From contig NW_024704742.1 of NCBI RefSeq assembly GCF_018977255.1, positions 7,628,001 to 7,692,000 on the forward strand: a DNA stretch of 64,000 nt, written 5' to 3'. This DNA is from Callorhinchus milii. Lineage: Eukaryota. The position numbers and the translations under genes were made by a program. The notes under the pieces were generated by a model. The model was not told where the DNA came from and ran no database searches. It saw only the letters and a program-made list of their open reading frames with translations. Numbering within the stretch: position 1 is the stretch's first letter; each line of letters opens with the position of its first letter. Positions 11,810 through 23,760 of this stretch are shown one piece after another.

Positions 11810-12815
11810 ACTCATCGAAAGTGAAAGATGTTATGAAGGGAAGTAAGGGTGGAAATAGCGGAGGCTCTGGCCACAATCTTTCAATCCTCCTTGGACACCA
11901 AGGTGGTGCCAGGGGACTGGAGGGTTGCAAATGTTACTCCTCTGTACAAAATGGGGCAGAAGGATAAACCCGGAAACTACAGGCCAGTCAGCCTAATGTC
12001 AGTAATGGGAAACTTCTAGAGACTATAATCCAGGACAAAATAAATCTTCCTTCAGAAAAATATGGGTTAATAAAGGACAGCCAACATGGATTTGTTAAAG
12101 GCAAATTGTGTCCAACAAACCTGACGGTTGTTTTTCTGACTGGAGGGAAGTGTCAGTGGTGTCTCCCAGGGGTCAGTATTGGGACCACTGTTGTTTTTGA
12201 TCTTTATAAATGACCTGGACTTGGGCATAGGGAGAACAATTTTCAAGTTTGCAGATGATACTAAGCTAGGAAAAGTAGTAAACAATGAGGAGGATAGTAG
12301 TAGACTGCAAGAGGACATAGACAGACTGGTAACATGGGCAGACATGTGGCAGATGAAGTTTAATGTGAATGACTGCAAAGTGGTGCATTTTGAGAGGAAG
12401 AATGAGGAGAGGCAATATAATCTGATGGTACAATCTTAAAGGGGGTGAAGGAACAGAGAGCCCTGGGGTTTCATATAAGCAAATCTTTGAAGGTGGCAGG
12501 ACAGGTGTTAGAAATGCATATGGGATACTAGGCTTTATAAATAGGGACATAGAATACACAAGTCAGGAAGTTATGATGAACCTTTATAAAACACTTGTTA
12601 AGCCTCAGTTAGAGACTGTGTTCAGTTCTGAGCATCATACTTTAGGAAGGGTGTCAAGGTATTTGAGAGGGTGCAAAAGAGATTTACCAGGATGGTACCA
12701 GGAATGAGGGACATCAGTTACCAGGAGAGGATAGAGAAACTGGGATTATTCTCCTTGGAGCAGAGAAGGTTAAGAGGAGACTTAATAGAAATTTTCAAAA
12801 TGATGAGGGGATTCA
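11810..12815 (+). mobile_element. CR1 LINE ORF2 (reverse transcriptase) fragment, decayed, internally deleted
   Basis: Motifs PGNYRPVSL, SQHGFVKGK, GPLLFLIFINDLD...KFADDTKLG, QKRFTRM, LFSLEQRRLRGDLIE across frameshifts. Confidence 0.92.
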
Positions 12816-13283
12816 AAGGGGAACACGGAGAAACCGTGGGTGGGGGAAGAGTAGCTGAAGGCCTGCCCGCCAATAATGGGCCGGGCGAGGTAGGAGACAT
12901 GAAGTAGGCCAGAGCCACAGAGCAGAGGGAGCGGGTAGGTTGGTATGGGGTTAGGAGTTCACAGAGGCAGGGGGCAGGGCTTTGACCAGGATCATGAACT
13001 GCATCCTCGTGTGATGGGAAGCCAGTGGAGTTGGGCAAGGATGGGGGTGATAGGGTCACGGAGCCTGGTGCGGGAGAGGACACGGGCTGCAGAGTTCTGG
13101 ATGATCTGGAGCCCATGGAGGGAGGAATTGGAGAGGCCGACAAGCAGTGAGCTTGCAAAGTCACGTATGTATCTCGGAGCACTGCAAAGCAGCAGAGTTG
13201 GATGCCGAGCAAGAGAGAAGGTGGCCATAGGCACGGTGCAAGAGATAGTTTTTAAAGTGGGACTTAAAGATAGAGAAGGTTGA
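12815..13283 (-). mobile_element. L2 LINE ORF2 3' fragment(s)
   Basis: Translation SLLVGLSNSSLHGLQIIQNSAARVLSRTRLRDPITPILAQLHWLPI, the L2-clade C-terminal motif. Confidence 0.88.
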
Positions 13284-13286
13284 GAC

Positions 13287-13738
13287 ATAATAATAATAAA
13301 AATCCTTGCATATGATATAGTGCCTTATCATGCTATTGAGATGTCCCAAAATGCTTCACAGCATATACTGTGAAATAGATCGAACGTGCATTTTTGTGGG
13401 CAAAACACGGCAGCCACTTGCGCAATGTCTCACAAACAGCCATGGAATGAGTGAGACTTTTTTATTTTGGGGGATTTGTTGGCCAGAACACCATGAGAAA
13501 CCCTTTCTTTTTTGAATAATGCCATGCGATCTTCAACATCCAACTGAATAAGCAGATGGGAACTCAGTATAATGTCTCATCCGAAGGATGGCACCTCTGG
13601 CAATGCAACACAACACATGCCCTGCACTGCATTGGTGTGGTCAGCTTAGACTATGTGATTCCAAGTCCCAAAGTGGGGCTTGAACCCACAACCTTCTGAC
13701 TCAGAGTCGAGAGTTCTACCACTGTGTCAGGCTGACAC
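13287..13738 (-). mobile_element. Deu-domain SINE (SacSINE1/AmnSINE1-like), full length, old
   Basis: tRNA head (tgtcagcctgacacagtggtag...gttgtgggttcaagcccc), Deu-like core (gaggtgccatccttcggatgagacatt...gatgttgaagatcgcatggcattatt), L2-type tail. Confidence 0.8.
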
Positions 13739-13747
13739 ACAAACTAT

Positions 13748-13924
13748 TTCCCCTGGAAATGATCAGCCAATTGACTAACAACTGGGTTCCTACGTAGGCA
13801 AACCCTCCTAGGCAAACAGGGAATTGGAACAAGGAAATTTGCCTAAGGTTTCACCCTACCTGGGAATCAAACCCGGGTCCTCTCGCTTAAGAGGCGAGTG
13901 CTCTAACCAATACGCTATGGGACT
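13748..13924 (-). mobile_element. Old SINE head/internal module without its own tail
   Basis: Minus strand: gagtcccatagcgtattggttagagcactcgcc...gaggacccgggtttgattccc...ggaacccagttgttagtcaattggctgatcatttccagggg. Confidence 0.8.
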
Positions 13925-14399
13925 CTGATGGGGACGTAGGGATAGAGACAGGGAGTTCCAGAGGTTAGGAGCATAGTGGACTTTAGGCTCAGCCACCAAC
14001 AGTGACCTAGAAGGGGTGGGAATGCGTGGCAGGCCTGTGTTAGCTGAATGGAGGTGGGGGCGGCAGAGGAGTGGAGCATGAGCATATCACATTGAGAGAA
14101 TGTCTCAAAGCGCATTACAGGATTTATTGTAAAGTGTGTATTTTGTCGGCGAATGGATAGCTGGTTACATGGAGTTATTAAGACCTTAAGGCCTCACTCT
14201 GTTAGAGAAATTAAAGAAAAGACATCACAGTCACAGAGAATGTATGATGGAGACCGACTATGAATACCAGTTTTAATGAGAGTATTAAAAAACATTGGCC
14301 TAGTAACCTTCGCATGCAAATGCATAACTGGATTCAGTCTTTGCTGATGGCAGTGAAAAGGTCTTTATTAAGTAGTGTAAGATATAGGGTTAGAGACAG

Positions 14400-14507
14400 A
14401 ATTAAAGATAGATAAAGTCAGAGAGACACAGAAAGAGTCAAAGGAAGGAGTTAGAGAGATAGAGGGAAAGAAAGACAGGGAGACAGAGAGAGAGAGAGAG
14501 AGAGAGT
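14400..14507. repeat. Purine-rich tract ending in (GA)n microsatellite
   Basis: Direct reading. Confidence 0.85.
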
Positions 14508-14699
14508 ATGGTTGCACAGTGTGGAAATATAGTAATAGCATTATTCCTTATTAGCATGATGGCCAAACCATATTTTGTGTGATGACCAATTATCTGCAGT
14601 GTTTGCTTGTCTATAATGGGGATGTTACAAATTAGTGCTTTCGACTGCAGTAAAAGACAAAGAGAAGAGAAAATGTGTTCGTAGACAATGTTAGTTTTC

Positions 14700-14876
14700 T
14701 CTTCAACCGTGCCTTCAGCTCCCCTCTCGACTCTCTACCCCCTCCTCGCTCCCTCCCTTCCCTCCCCTCACCCTGACCATTTCCCCCCTGCTCGGGTCCC
14801 GACCCAACTGTCCAGTGCCTTGGGACGTCCTCCCGACGTGAAAGGCGCTCTATAAATGCAATCCTGTTGTTGTTAT
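14700..14876 (+). mobile_element. L2 LINE 3' end
   Basis: ...cagtgccttgggacgtcctcccgacgtgaaaggcgctctataaatgcaatcctgttgttg. Confidence 0.8.
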
Positions 14877-14954
14877 AGTATTCTGGTGGAGTTGGGAGGT
14901 GGGTGAATTGTCTCCCTCTGTGCTGTAAACATTCCACCGGGGCTGAAGGTAATG

Positions 14955-15275
14955 GTTTCAAGCTCCACATCTAGGTTGAACCTCCAGTACAGTGTTGGGG
15001 AAGTGTTGTACTGTCGGAGAAGAAATATTGTGTTGTGTTGTCAGAGTTGCCTTTGGATGTGGCATTCAACCGAGGTCCTGTCTGCCAGTTTAGGTAGGTA
15101 TTAAAGATTCTATGACACTTTTGCATAAAAGATTCTCCTGATGTCATGGCCAAGAAAACTCCAGATAAATTGTTCATTGACATCATAGCGATCCGTGGGA
15201 CAGTAGCACGTCGAAGATTTGAAGTGCTTTGAGACATTTCAACAATATCGGCACAAGATCAAATGCAAGGTTGTT
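14955..15275 (+). mobile_element. Degenerate Deu-domain SINE
   Basis: gttgcctttggatgtggcattcaaccgaggtcctgtctgcc...ttaaagattctatgacact and a tail remnant tcaaatgcaagg. Confidence 0.6.
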
Positions 15276-15884
15276 TTTCAGTGAACCTTTCGTCTCTTTG
15301 TCTGATGGTACTGATGCAAGGTGGGGCCAGTAATATTACTGCAGCAAAACCCTCTGTTTAATCATATTGATGTTCATACTAAAAAGAAACTGTTTCTCAT
15401 TGCTCATGTCATGATAACCCCAAGGACACACAATATGTTAGATACAGGTTTAGATTTTCACACAAGTAACAAGTCACGCATCTCTATTAACAGCTGTCTT
15501 GGATTGGGTGTTGAAAGACTCACACACACACTCGGGTGACCTTATAAACCATTCCAGCTTCACATTTGTCCTTTAGGATGTCACCTGAACCTTTCGAATG
15601 CATTGCAGCCTTCTAATACTCCCTTGATTGTGTTACAGCCCGAGGGGAGTTCAAACACTAGTATATTCATGTAGCAGACCTTTCATTGTGTTCCAGCATT
15701 GTAATACACTTAAAGTCATTTTTTTGCTGCATGATTCCTATCATAGGTATATCTGCTTTCAAGTTTTGAATTTCTCGCAGAAGTAAAAGTTGTTGGAAAC
15801 AAATTCTCTTCCCTAATTGTATTTATTTTGCATCCCTCTACTGTGTTCCTCTGCTTTTATGCTTCCTTCTTCACTCTGTGATAA

Positions 15885-16285
15885 TATAAGAAGAATCCTT
15901 GGATTTGATATAGCGCCTTATCATGTCTTCGAGACGTCTCAAAGCGCTTCACAGACAATACAGTTTCACAGTCTTTCTGGGAACTCCTCATGGAAATTAG
16001 TGCACAGCAATATCCCACAAACAGCTAAGAAATGAATGACCAATTTTACCTATCCTGTTGGCCAGGACACTTAAGAGAAACTCCCTTTTCTTTTTTCAAT
16101 CATGCCGTGGGATCTTTAATGTCAACCTAAACAGACGGGGGTTGTTCTGACGAAGGGTGTGGATCCGAAAGGTTGACTCACTTTCCTTTCTCCATAGATG
16201 CTGCCTGATCTTCTGAGTGTTCCCAGCGACTTCTGTTTTTGAAACAGACTGAGCCCTGGCTTAACATCTCAACTGAAGGGACTAT
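15885..16285 (-). mobile_element. Deu-domain SINE 3' half, interrupted by an insert at ~16137-16241
   Basis: Tail plus gccgtgggatctttaatgtcaacct; the core resumes after the insert (cctggcttaacatctcaactgaagg). Confidence 0.7.
16137..16241 (+). mobile_element. Penelope-like element terminal fragment with a degenerate hammerhead motif
   Basis: ctgacgaagggtgtggatccgaaaggttgactcactttcctttctccatagatgctgcctgatcttctgagtgttcccagcgacttctgttttt matches a terminal repeat I recognise from shark/ray genomes; flanked by direct repeat aaacagac. Confidence 0.6.
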
Positions 16286-16289
16286 GGAT

Positions 16290-16730
16290 GATTAGCGGGG
16301 ATGAGACATTTGTTATGTGGAGAGATTTGAAATATTGGAAACATTTTTAAATAGTGCAGAGACGGTTGAGTGACATCTCATAGAGGTTTTTTTTTAAAAT
16401 TATGAATGGTTTAATGAATGCTTTTCACCGAGTCGGTAACAAGAGGAGATACATTTAGGATTAGCTCCAGGAGAAAAAAAGGGGGAGGTTAGCAGAAAGA
16501 CTTTTCACAGAACGCTGATAGAATGTGAAATGCCTCAACACAAATCACTGTTGAAGCCCAGTCCATAACAGCACCCAAAAAGGAGTTGGGTAAAAACACT
16601 GTAGTAAGCAATAAGGGAATGATTAGTCAACAGGATTCTAGTAGACAGCTTTGGTGTGGGAGCAGGCACCAAAAATCAAAGATTGGCCAAATGGCCTCCC
16701 CTCTCTGCTGGAAAGCATTTGATTCTACAA
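16290..16730 (+). mobile_element. Old CR1 3' fragment
   Basis: Decayed 'RRLRGDLIEVFKI' coding segment and gattggccaaatggcctcc tail. Confidence 0.65.
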
Positions 16731-16889
16731 TTGCACTTTGTATCAAGATCAAATGCACATTTCAGACAGGTTCTATTTCCGGAGTAAAATTTCTGAAAGC
16801 TTTGCACAAACAATGCCAATCCGTCTGTCAGGGTGAGTCTACACTTAAGCAGATGTTATACGTGGCACAGTGCAAACATTTCCAACATA

Positions 16890-17665
16890 GAATTACATGG
16901 AATGATATAGTATGGAAACGCGTCATTCAGCCTAACTAGTTTGTGCCAGTGTTTCCACGAGCCTCTTCTATTCGTCTCCTACACCCCCCTCTCTATTCCC
17001 TTTTCCCTCATGTGTACATCAAGTACACTAAAAACATTGATTGCTTTTGCTTCAACCACAGCTTCCTGCAGTGGGTTCCACATTCTAACCACCCCCTGAC
17101 TGAAGAAGTGCCTCTTGAACTTTCTATTAGATCTGCTATTGACGACCTTATTCTTATCCACTCTTGGAAACAGCCTGTTAAAATATTCGGAGGGGTGGAG
17201 GCTCACGCATGGTTTCAACACGAGCACAGATTAATTGGTTTGAATGAGCTGTTACCATACGGTAATGCTCTTTTGAATCATAGAATATTACAGCACAGAA
17301 GGAGGCCATTTGGCCCGTCGTGCCTGTGCCGACTCTTGGAAAAGCTATCCAATCAGTCCCACTCCCCCGCTCTTTCCCCATATTCTTGCAATTTTTTCCA
17401 CTTCAAGTACCTATCCAATTCCATTTTGAATGTTGTTATTGAATCTGTTTCCACCAGCCATTCAGGCAGTGCATTCCAGACTGTAACAACTCGCTGTGTA
17501 AATAAAATGCTCCTCATCTGCCCTCTGGTTCTTTTGCCAATTATCTTAAATCGGTGTTCTCTGGTTACTGACCCACCTGCCAGTGGGGACAATTTCTCCC
17601 TATCCATTTTGAACACCTCTATTAAATCTCCCCTTAACCTTCTCTGCTCTAAGGAGAACAATCCT
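16890..17665 (-). mobile_element. Cluster of CR1 3' ends (older ~16890-17180; younger ~17275-17665)
   Basis: ORFs 16979..17227 (KRHFFSQGVVRMWNPLQEAVVEA) and 17353..17661 (FSLEQRRLRGDLIEVFK...FTQRVVTVWNALP...); the tail reads tagaatattacagcacagaaggaggccatt on plus. Confidence 0.9.
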
Positions 17666-18003
17666 TTGTAAATTATTTGTAATCCTAATGTAATGTATCA
17701 TTAAAAAACGTTATTAGGTTAGGTCCTACTGATGATGTACTGAAAAACAGTAAAGTTTCTAGCCAGTCAGATACTGTATTGTGGTAATAGTAATACCTGT
17801 CAGGTAACAAAATGAAACAAGGTATTCGCTATCCAGTCAATTCATTTGCTTCTGTGCGCTGTTCAAATCTTGATAAATTCAACTTTCTGCCTCTGCTATT
17901 TCTTAAAGACTTCAAAACAAATGAAGTGATGAAACTCAGGCCAAATCATGCTTCCGTATAAGAATTCATCGAGCAGTGTTGTGAAGCAGCCATTCTAACA
18001 GCC

Positions 18004-18290
18004 ACTCCACACTCCTCTGTTTACCTCGCTGTAAGCAGGAACCCAGTTGTTAGTCCATTGGCGGATCCCTTTTACAAGAGTAATAATTGTTTCAAAATAA
18101 ATAAAATTAGTTTGGTCACTCAATCCCCGACTGTTTGTGGGACGCTGCTGTGCGCAATTGGCTGCCGTGTTTCGCCCGCAAAATATACAGTCAATTCACT
18201 TTACAGTATATTCTGTGAATCATTTTGAGACGTCTTGAAGATGTGGTAAGGCGCAATATCAAAGGCAGGGATTATTATCATTATTATTAT
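18004..18290 (+). mobile_element. SINE A subfamily lacking tRNA head
   Basis: actccacactcctctgtttacc...tail (att)n. Confidence 0.85.
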
Positions 18291-19489
18291 AAATGGAAAA
18301 CAATTGTGTTGCTCCACCAGCCGCTCCCCCAGCTCTCATCAATTTTTGTGCCACTGTTAGAGCTACCTCAGGTTTCCAGGCTACAAATATCTTTATTACA
18401 CAGCTTCACACTTGACAGACATCTGTTAAGCCTGCCATGGTTCTAACTAAATGAGATTTTTCTCGTCTTTTATTCACTGGTGTATCAGCAGTGTTTCGCA
18501 CTGCCTTTGTGTTATAAAGACTTACTGATGTAATGCCACTGCTGTTTGACAATGTCAAGCAGGAAAGGTTGTTACAGAGGATTTTCTAAGGCTCTTCTAT
18601 TATTCTTCCTCCAGCCACACTATTTTCCAATTCCTGTGGAATGCTGAAATATATCTTCAATATTTATCTTACGCGCATTTCAACGGAAATAGTTCTATCA
18701 GTGACCTAGAAAAAGCTCACTGTAAGGAATAATGGCTACGGTTTGGAGAACCTTACCATCTTTTGTCCTGATCCGCAAAGGAAATAGAAAAAGTAAAGTT
18801 GCAAAACACATTTAAACTTTCTCTCTTTGATCCAAAATAAACACTATTGGGTTTACTTCAGTCTGATTCATAGAACAAATCGCCTATTCCCAACATGTCT
18901 GTGGCTTTGTGACGTGATTTTGGATCTTTTATTCCCCCTCCACCCACCCCCACCAAGTTGTCCAGTGGGAGGTTTCTTTTCAGTGATCTGTGATCTTTTC
19001 AAAACTGGGGCTCCAGAATTACTGGTGGCGTTCCCACACGATTTCCACACACCATGGGTGTTCCTTCAAAACATCAGCATAGGCAGACTGTTAATTTGTG
19101 GGTGAAGTGACTTAAACTGGATGGATCTTGCTCCGAACCTTACAGAGAAGAAGGAAGATGGACACCGTGAATGTGATTTTGCCCATAGTGACAAGGCAAC
19201 TATTTGTAAGATGTTAATGTAATAGCTCTATGATGGTGAAAATCCTGTTTTCTCTCTCCCAATGCTGTCTCGTCTCTCATGCTCCTTCACACTGTCGCGC
19301 CTTCTGATTTATGAACCTCTGTTACAATCACACAACCCGAATGTTATAGTAAACTGAGCAACAATAACGTGAGGAATTTCAAGAATGAGGATGAGATATT
19401 GGTTTACATGTGAATGCTGTGACTATCTGAATTATTGGTGGCAATTTGCCTCCAAGTATTCAACATAAGCTGAGCTGAGCCAGTAAAAA

Positions 19490-20650
19490 TCAAACTAGAC
19501 CGTCCACTCTAGTGAATGTTGTACCTTATATATGATTTTCAGAAAGTTTTTGATGAGGTGTCGCTTGTTAAAAAATAAATTTGACACATGGTATGAATGC
19601 AAAGGTAGCAGCACGGACAGATAGTTGGTTAAAGGATAGGAAACAGAGGGTGAGAGTACATGGTTTGTTATTCTCAATGGAGAGATGTAAAGAGTGGTGT
19701 TCCCCCAGTGATCAGTATAACGACCATTGCTTTTCTCCATTTACATAAATGATCTGAATTCTGGTATAAAGGGCACACTTTCTAAATTTGCAGATGACAC
19801 AAAAATAGGAACTGGAACTAACAGTGAAGAAGATTGCAAGCAATTTCAGGAGGGTATAGACAGATTAGTTGAACGGGCAGAGACATGGCAAATAAAATGT
19901 AATGCGAACAACTGTGAGGTTATACATTTTGGGAGGAAGGATAAAGAAAACAAGAATATGTTGCGTGGTAAAATATTGAAATATTCAATGGGACCTAGGG
20001 GTTAATGTACATAAATCATTGAAGGGGGGAAAGGCAGCAAAGCTTGTCAAAAAAAATTAATGGAATCTTATGTTCTATAAATAGGGGTATAGGATTTAAA
20101 AACATAGAGATAATGCAAAACTAATATAAATCATGAGTTAGAGTGCAATTAGAATATTGGGTCCAGTTAATCACTCCATTTTAGGAAAGACGTCAAGAAA
20201 ATAAAGATGATAGAATGGTTTGTCCTATGAGCGGAGACTGGAAGAACTGGGGCATTTTCTGCTAGAACAAAGAAGGATGAGATGTGACCTGAAAAAACTG
20301 TGAGGGTTCTGATAGAGTCAGTCGATAGGGAGATATTATTTCCTCTGGTCACTGAGTCAGTGACTGGAGGGCATCAATAATTTAAGATAGTTAGTAAACG
20401 AGCAAATGGGGACGTTAGGAGATTTCTTTTCACACAGAGTAGTTAGGATATGGAATGTCCTGCTGGGAACAATAGTTGAGGCAGAATCCATACTGGCCTT
20501 CAAGAGGGAACTCGACAATCATCTTAAAAAGACTCAGCTGCTAGGGTATGAGGAAAGGAGAGGTAAATAGGACTGAAAGGATTCCTCTTGAAGGAGCCAG
20601 CACAGACCCATTCGGCTGAATGGCCTTCTTCTGTGTTGTAAATTTCTATC
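19490..20650 (+). mobile_element. Old CR1 LINE, RT domain to 3' end
   Basis: DFQKVFDEV-like, LFSIYINDL...SKFADDTKIG motifs; ends ggctgaatggccttcttctgtgttgtaaatttctat. Confidence 0.88.
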
Positions 20651-20669
20651 GTGCTACTGGTTCGAAGTA

Positions 20670-20997
20670 TAATAATAATAATAATAATAATCCTTGCATT
20701 TGATATAGCGCTTTTCACGTCGGGAGGACGTCCAAAGCGCTTCACAGAACACACTGTAAAGTGAATTAACTGTATATTTGTGGGCGAATGCGGCAGCCAA
20801 TTGCGCACAGCAATGTCCCACAAACAGTCGTAGATTGAAAATGACCAATTTAATTATTGTTTTTGGTTTTGGAGGGATTATTATCAGGCTCTGTGTGGAG
20901 TAAGGAAACTTGCCCAAGGTTTCGCCCTCTGCCTGGAATTGAACTCAGGTCTCTCACTTGCAAAGCGAGTGCTCTAACCACTGAGCTACAGGACTCC
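20670..20997 (-). mobile_element. tRNA-derived SINE, youngest 'C' subfamily, full length
   Basis: About nine differences from the copy at 60621-60944 by eye; intact A and B boxes; (ATT)n tail. Confidence 0.92.
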
Positions 20998-21258
20998 TGT
21001 ATATGTGGAGGAGGTACTTTTAGTAAAACCTACGCACGCTGAAGTACAAACATAGATCTCTACTTGTCTATGGGTCCTTGAAAGATCTTGAACGGGTCTC
21101 TAAACCGTGCAGAAACCTTTAATGCACATATTTTAATGAGGCAAGCAACCAGCTCTTCTTTACGGTCAGGATCTTAGAACATTAAAACACTAACGCCCAA
21201 TTCTGGAGTTAAAATAGGCATTCCTTTTTAAAAGGTGCAGATTCAATAGCAATTATAG

Positions 21259-21690
21259 ACCTTACAATTGAGATAACACCTTTCACATTGGGAGGATGTC
21301 TCAAAGTGCTTCACAGGATAAACTGTAAAGTTTGTGACTGTATATTTGGTGGTTGGGTGAACGAGGCACCCAATGTTCACACAGAAATGACCCAAAAACT
21401 GCTATGAAACGAGCAATTGTGCAATTGTAACAAAGGGGGATTGTTAGTTAGGACACTGGGAGAAACTTCCTTCTCTTTTCGAAAAGTACCATGGGATCTT
21501 TAACTTCCACCTGAACAGGCAGATGGGACCTCAGTTTAACGTCGCATATGAAGGACAGCACCTCCAACTATGCAGTACACCCTGAGCATTGCACTGTGTT
21601 AGCTTAGACTACGTGAGATTCATGCTGTGGGGCTTAAACCCACAACTCTGTAACTGAGAGGCAAAAATGCTACCAGCTGAGTCAGGCTGA
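21259..21690 (-). mobile_element. Deu-domain SINE, full length, old
   Basis: Collinear with 13287-13738 (ccatgggatctttaacttccacctgaacaggcagatgggacctcagtttaacgtc...cccacaactctgtaactgagaggc). Confidence 0.8.
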
Positions 21691-21742
21691 TGAGGAATGT
21701 AACACGTTGTGCTAAAACAAATCGACTTCAAGTTGCTGTATC

Positions 21743-21800
21743 GTTGGAAGCTGAAGAGGGTGCTGGAGGGGGTTGGAAGCTGAAGAGGGTGCTGGAGGGG
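21743..21800. repeat. Perfect 29-bp tandem duplication
   Basis: (gttggaagctgaagagggtgctggagggg)x2. Confidence 0.95.
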
Positions 21801-23237
21801 GAAGAGAAGAAGGTCAAGAACACAGTCAAACACTGGAAGCGCACATTATAAGACCAATTAAGAAGAAGCAAATTCCAGTAACAGGTTGTTGTCAACCTGC
21901 GCTGCAAAACTACAGGTGGAAATGGGACAACCAATTGAACAGATCATTTGAAACAGCAGCTGTCTGAGAAGATGTTACAAACTGTAGCTATTCCCTCCTG
22001 GTTTATGATGGCAATGTCCTCCGCTCTTCCACTTCTATTACTGCCTTGTGACATTCTGCCAGAAAGTGATTATTTTGCTCACGGATGGATACAGCAGCCT
22101 TAGCCTTGGCAGGGGTGCCGTAAATGAAATCGGTTGTCTCCGCTGCAGCCTTAAAACCCCCTTGGAGGTGGTTTCTCCATCACCCACAGTGTTATCAGCA
22201 GCCCCAATGCCAAATACAGATGCTACTTTTGGACAGAGAAGTCACCGCTATTTATGATTGCGGTCGGGGCTGAGCACACGGACCCCGCCTCACCATCCCC
22301 AGAGAGGCTAGAAGGTGCCTATGATTCGGGATATTACAGAATCATTTCAAGGGTTAAAAACAATTTTCTTTGTACTATTTTCTGGTCCAAGTTTAGAATG
22401 TGTTCATGTGCCATTCTTCAATAATACAGTACCTTCAGACCAAAAATGCTCCAGTTGTCTTTAATGAACGTTGTGCCACAAGACTGTATAATTTTGAAAA
22501 ATACCCGCAATTTCTTTTTTTAAAAAAAAAACAGCAATTTTACAGGAATTCCACAGGGCAAATGCAAGCAGACCAAAAAGAGGCAAATCTTTGGAAACAA
22601 GGCCCACTGTTTGCTAAATGCATTCAAGATGTGAAACAAACCTCCCACTTATAATTATTGTGAAGGCTGGAGGAGAAAATCACTAGCTGCTCTGCTTCTT
22701 TTCACAGACGAAGGCTTGAGGTTTTATTGCCAACGGGTCAGGAAAATAAATGACTCTCCGTAAGGTGGTTATATCTGTGGTCTCTTGTTTACTGGGAACA
22801 ATTGTTGATTTTACCAATCAATATGAGTGAACAGCCCATTGCACAGATGTATAAACAGTGATCGTGCCTGCTGCTCTCATCTGTCCTCCAAAAGGCCATC
22901 AGCTGACATGCCTGACTAATATGCCAATTCTTTACATCTATAAAAAGTCAGGACAAGCTTTTCATGCAGTGTCCCAATACATCTCTTTGTATGTTCCAGA
23001 GTTACATGAAAAAAGACACTCGCCCTAATACAAACAAAGAAGATGAAAGCTTATCCATAATTCCTCAGTTATATGAATCAGACCTGTATCTCTTGTCTGT
23101 AGATGTCTACACCGTGATAGATCATACACCAGTTTTGTATTTTTTTTCATTTAATGTAATTAAATTGAATTTTTAAATTAAATTTAATTACATCTTTTTA
23201 AAAAAAGCTGTTTTGGTGTGCAAGTTGGCACAGGGTA

Positions 23238-23760
23238 TAACAACAACAACAACAAAATGACATTTGTAAAGTGCCTTTCATGCCGGGAGGACGTCGCAAG
23301 GCGCTGTAAGAGTCTGTAAAGGGGGAATTAAATGGATGACGATTCTCTCACCCCCCTCACACCAACAACACTTTTCTCCTTTGAAATTATTCTTAAGATT
23401 CACAGTTGTCCAGGGAAAAGGTACAAAGAGAATAGCCTGGATTACTGGTTGATTGCTGCTTGTGTGGGTGGTCTTGGGTTCCCAACAGTGGTAACATCTG
23501 CTTACAACAACTTACATTTACACGGCGCCCCTCACACAGGGTAGCGTCCCAGAGCGCTTGACAGTGGCGGAGCATGATTCCGAGCCAGGGGGAGGGGACC
23601 GTAGATAAGGTCAATAGGAAGGTCTTAAGGCGCTAACTGAAGATGGGGAAGGAAGGGGCAATGGAGGGATAGAAGAAGAGTGTTCCAGAGTTTCGGAGAG
23701 TAGTGGCTGAAAGCACGGCCACCGACGGTGGAACGGAGGGCACTGGGGACCTGCTGTTTC
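23238..23760 (-). mobile_element. Two L2 3' ends (~23238-23315 tail; ~23500-23760)
   Basis: (caa)n tails; ORF 23625..23807 contains VGGRAFSHYSPKLWNTL. Confidence 0.75.

Noticed and set aside
16943..17671. Longest ORF in the track (242 aa, plus)
   Set aside because: Antisense read-through of stacked CR1 3' fragments; no independent protein features.
21743..21800. CRISPR-like direct repeat
   Set aside because: Two adjacent copies with no spacer, in eukaryotic intronic DNA.
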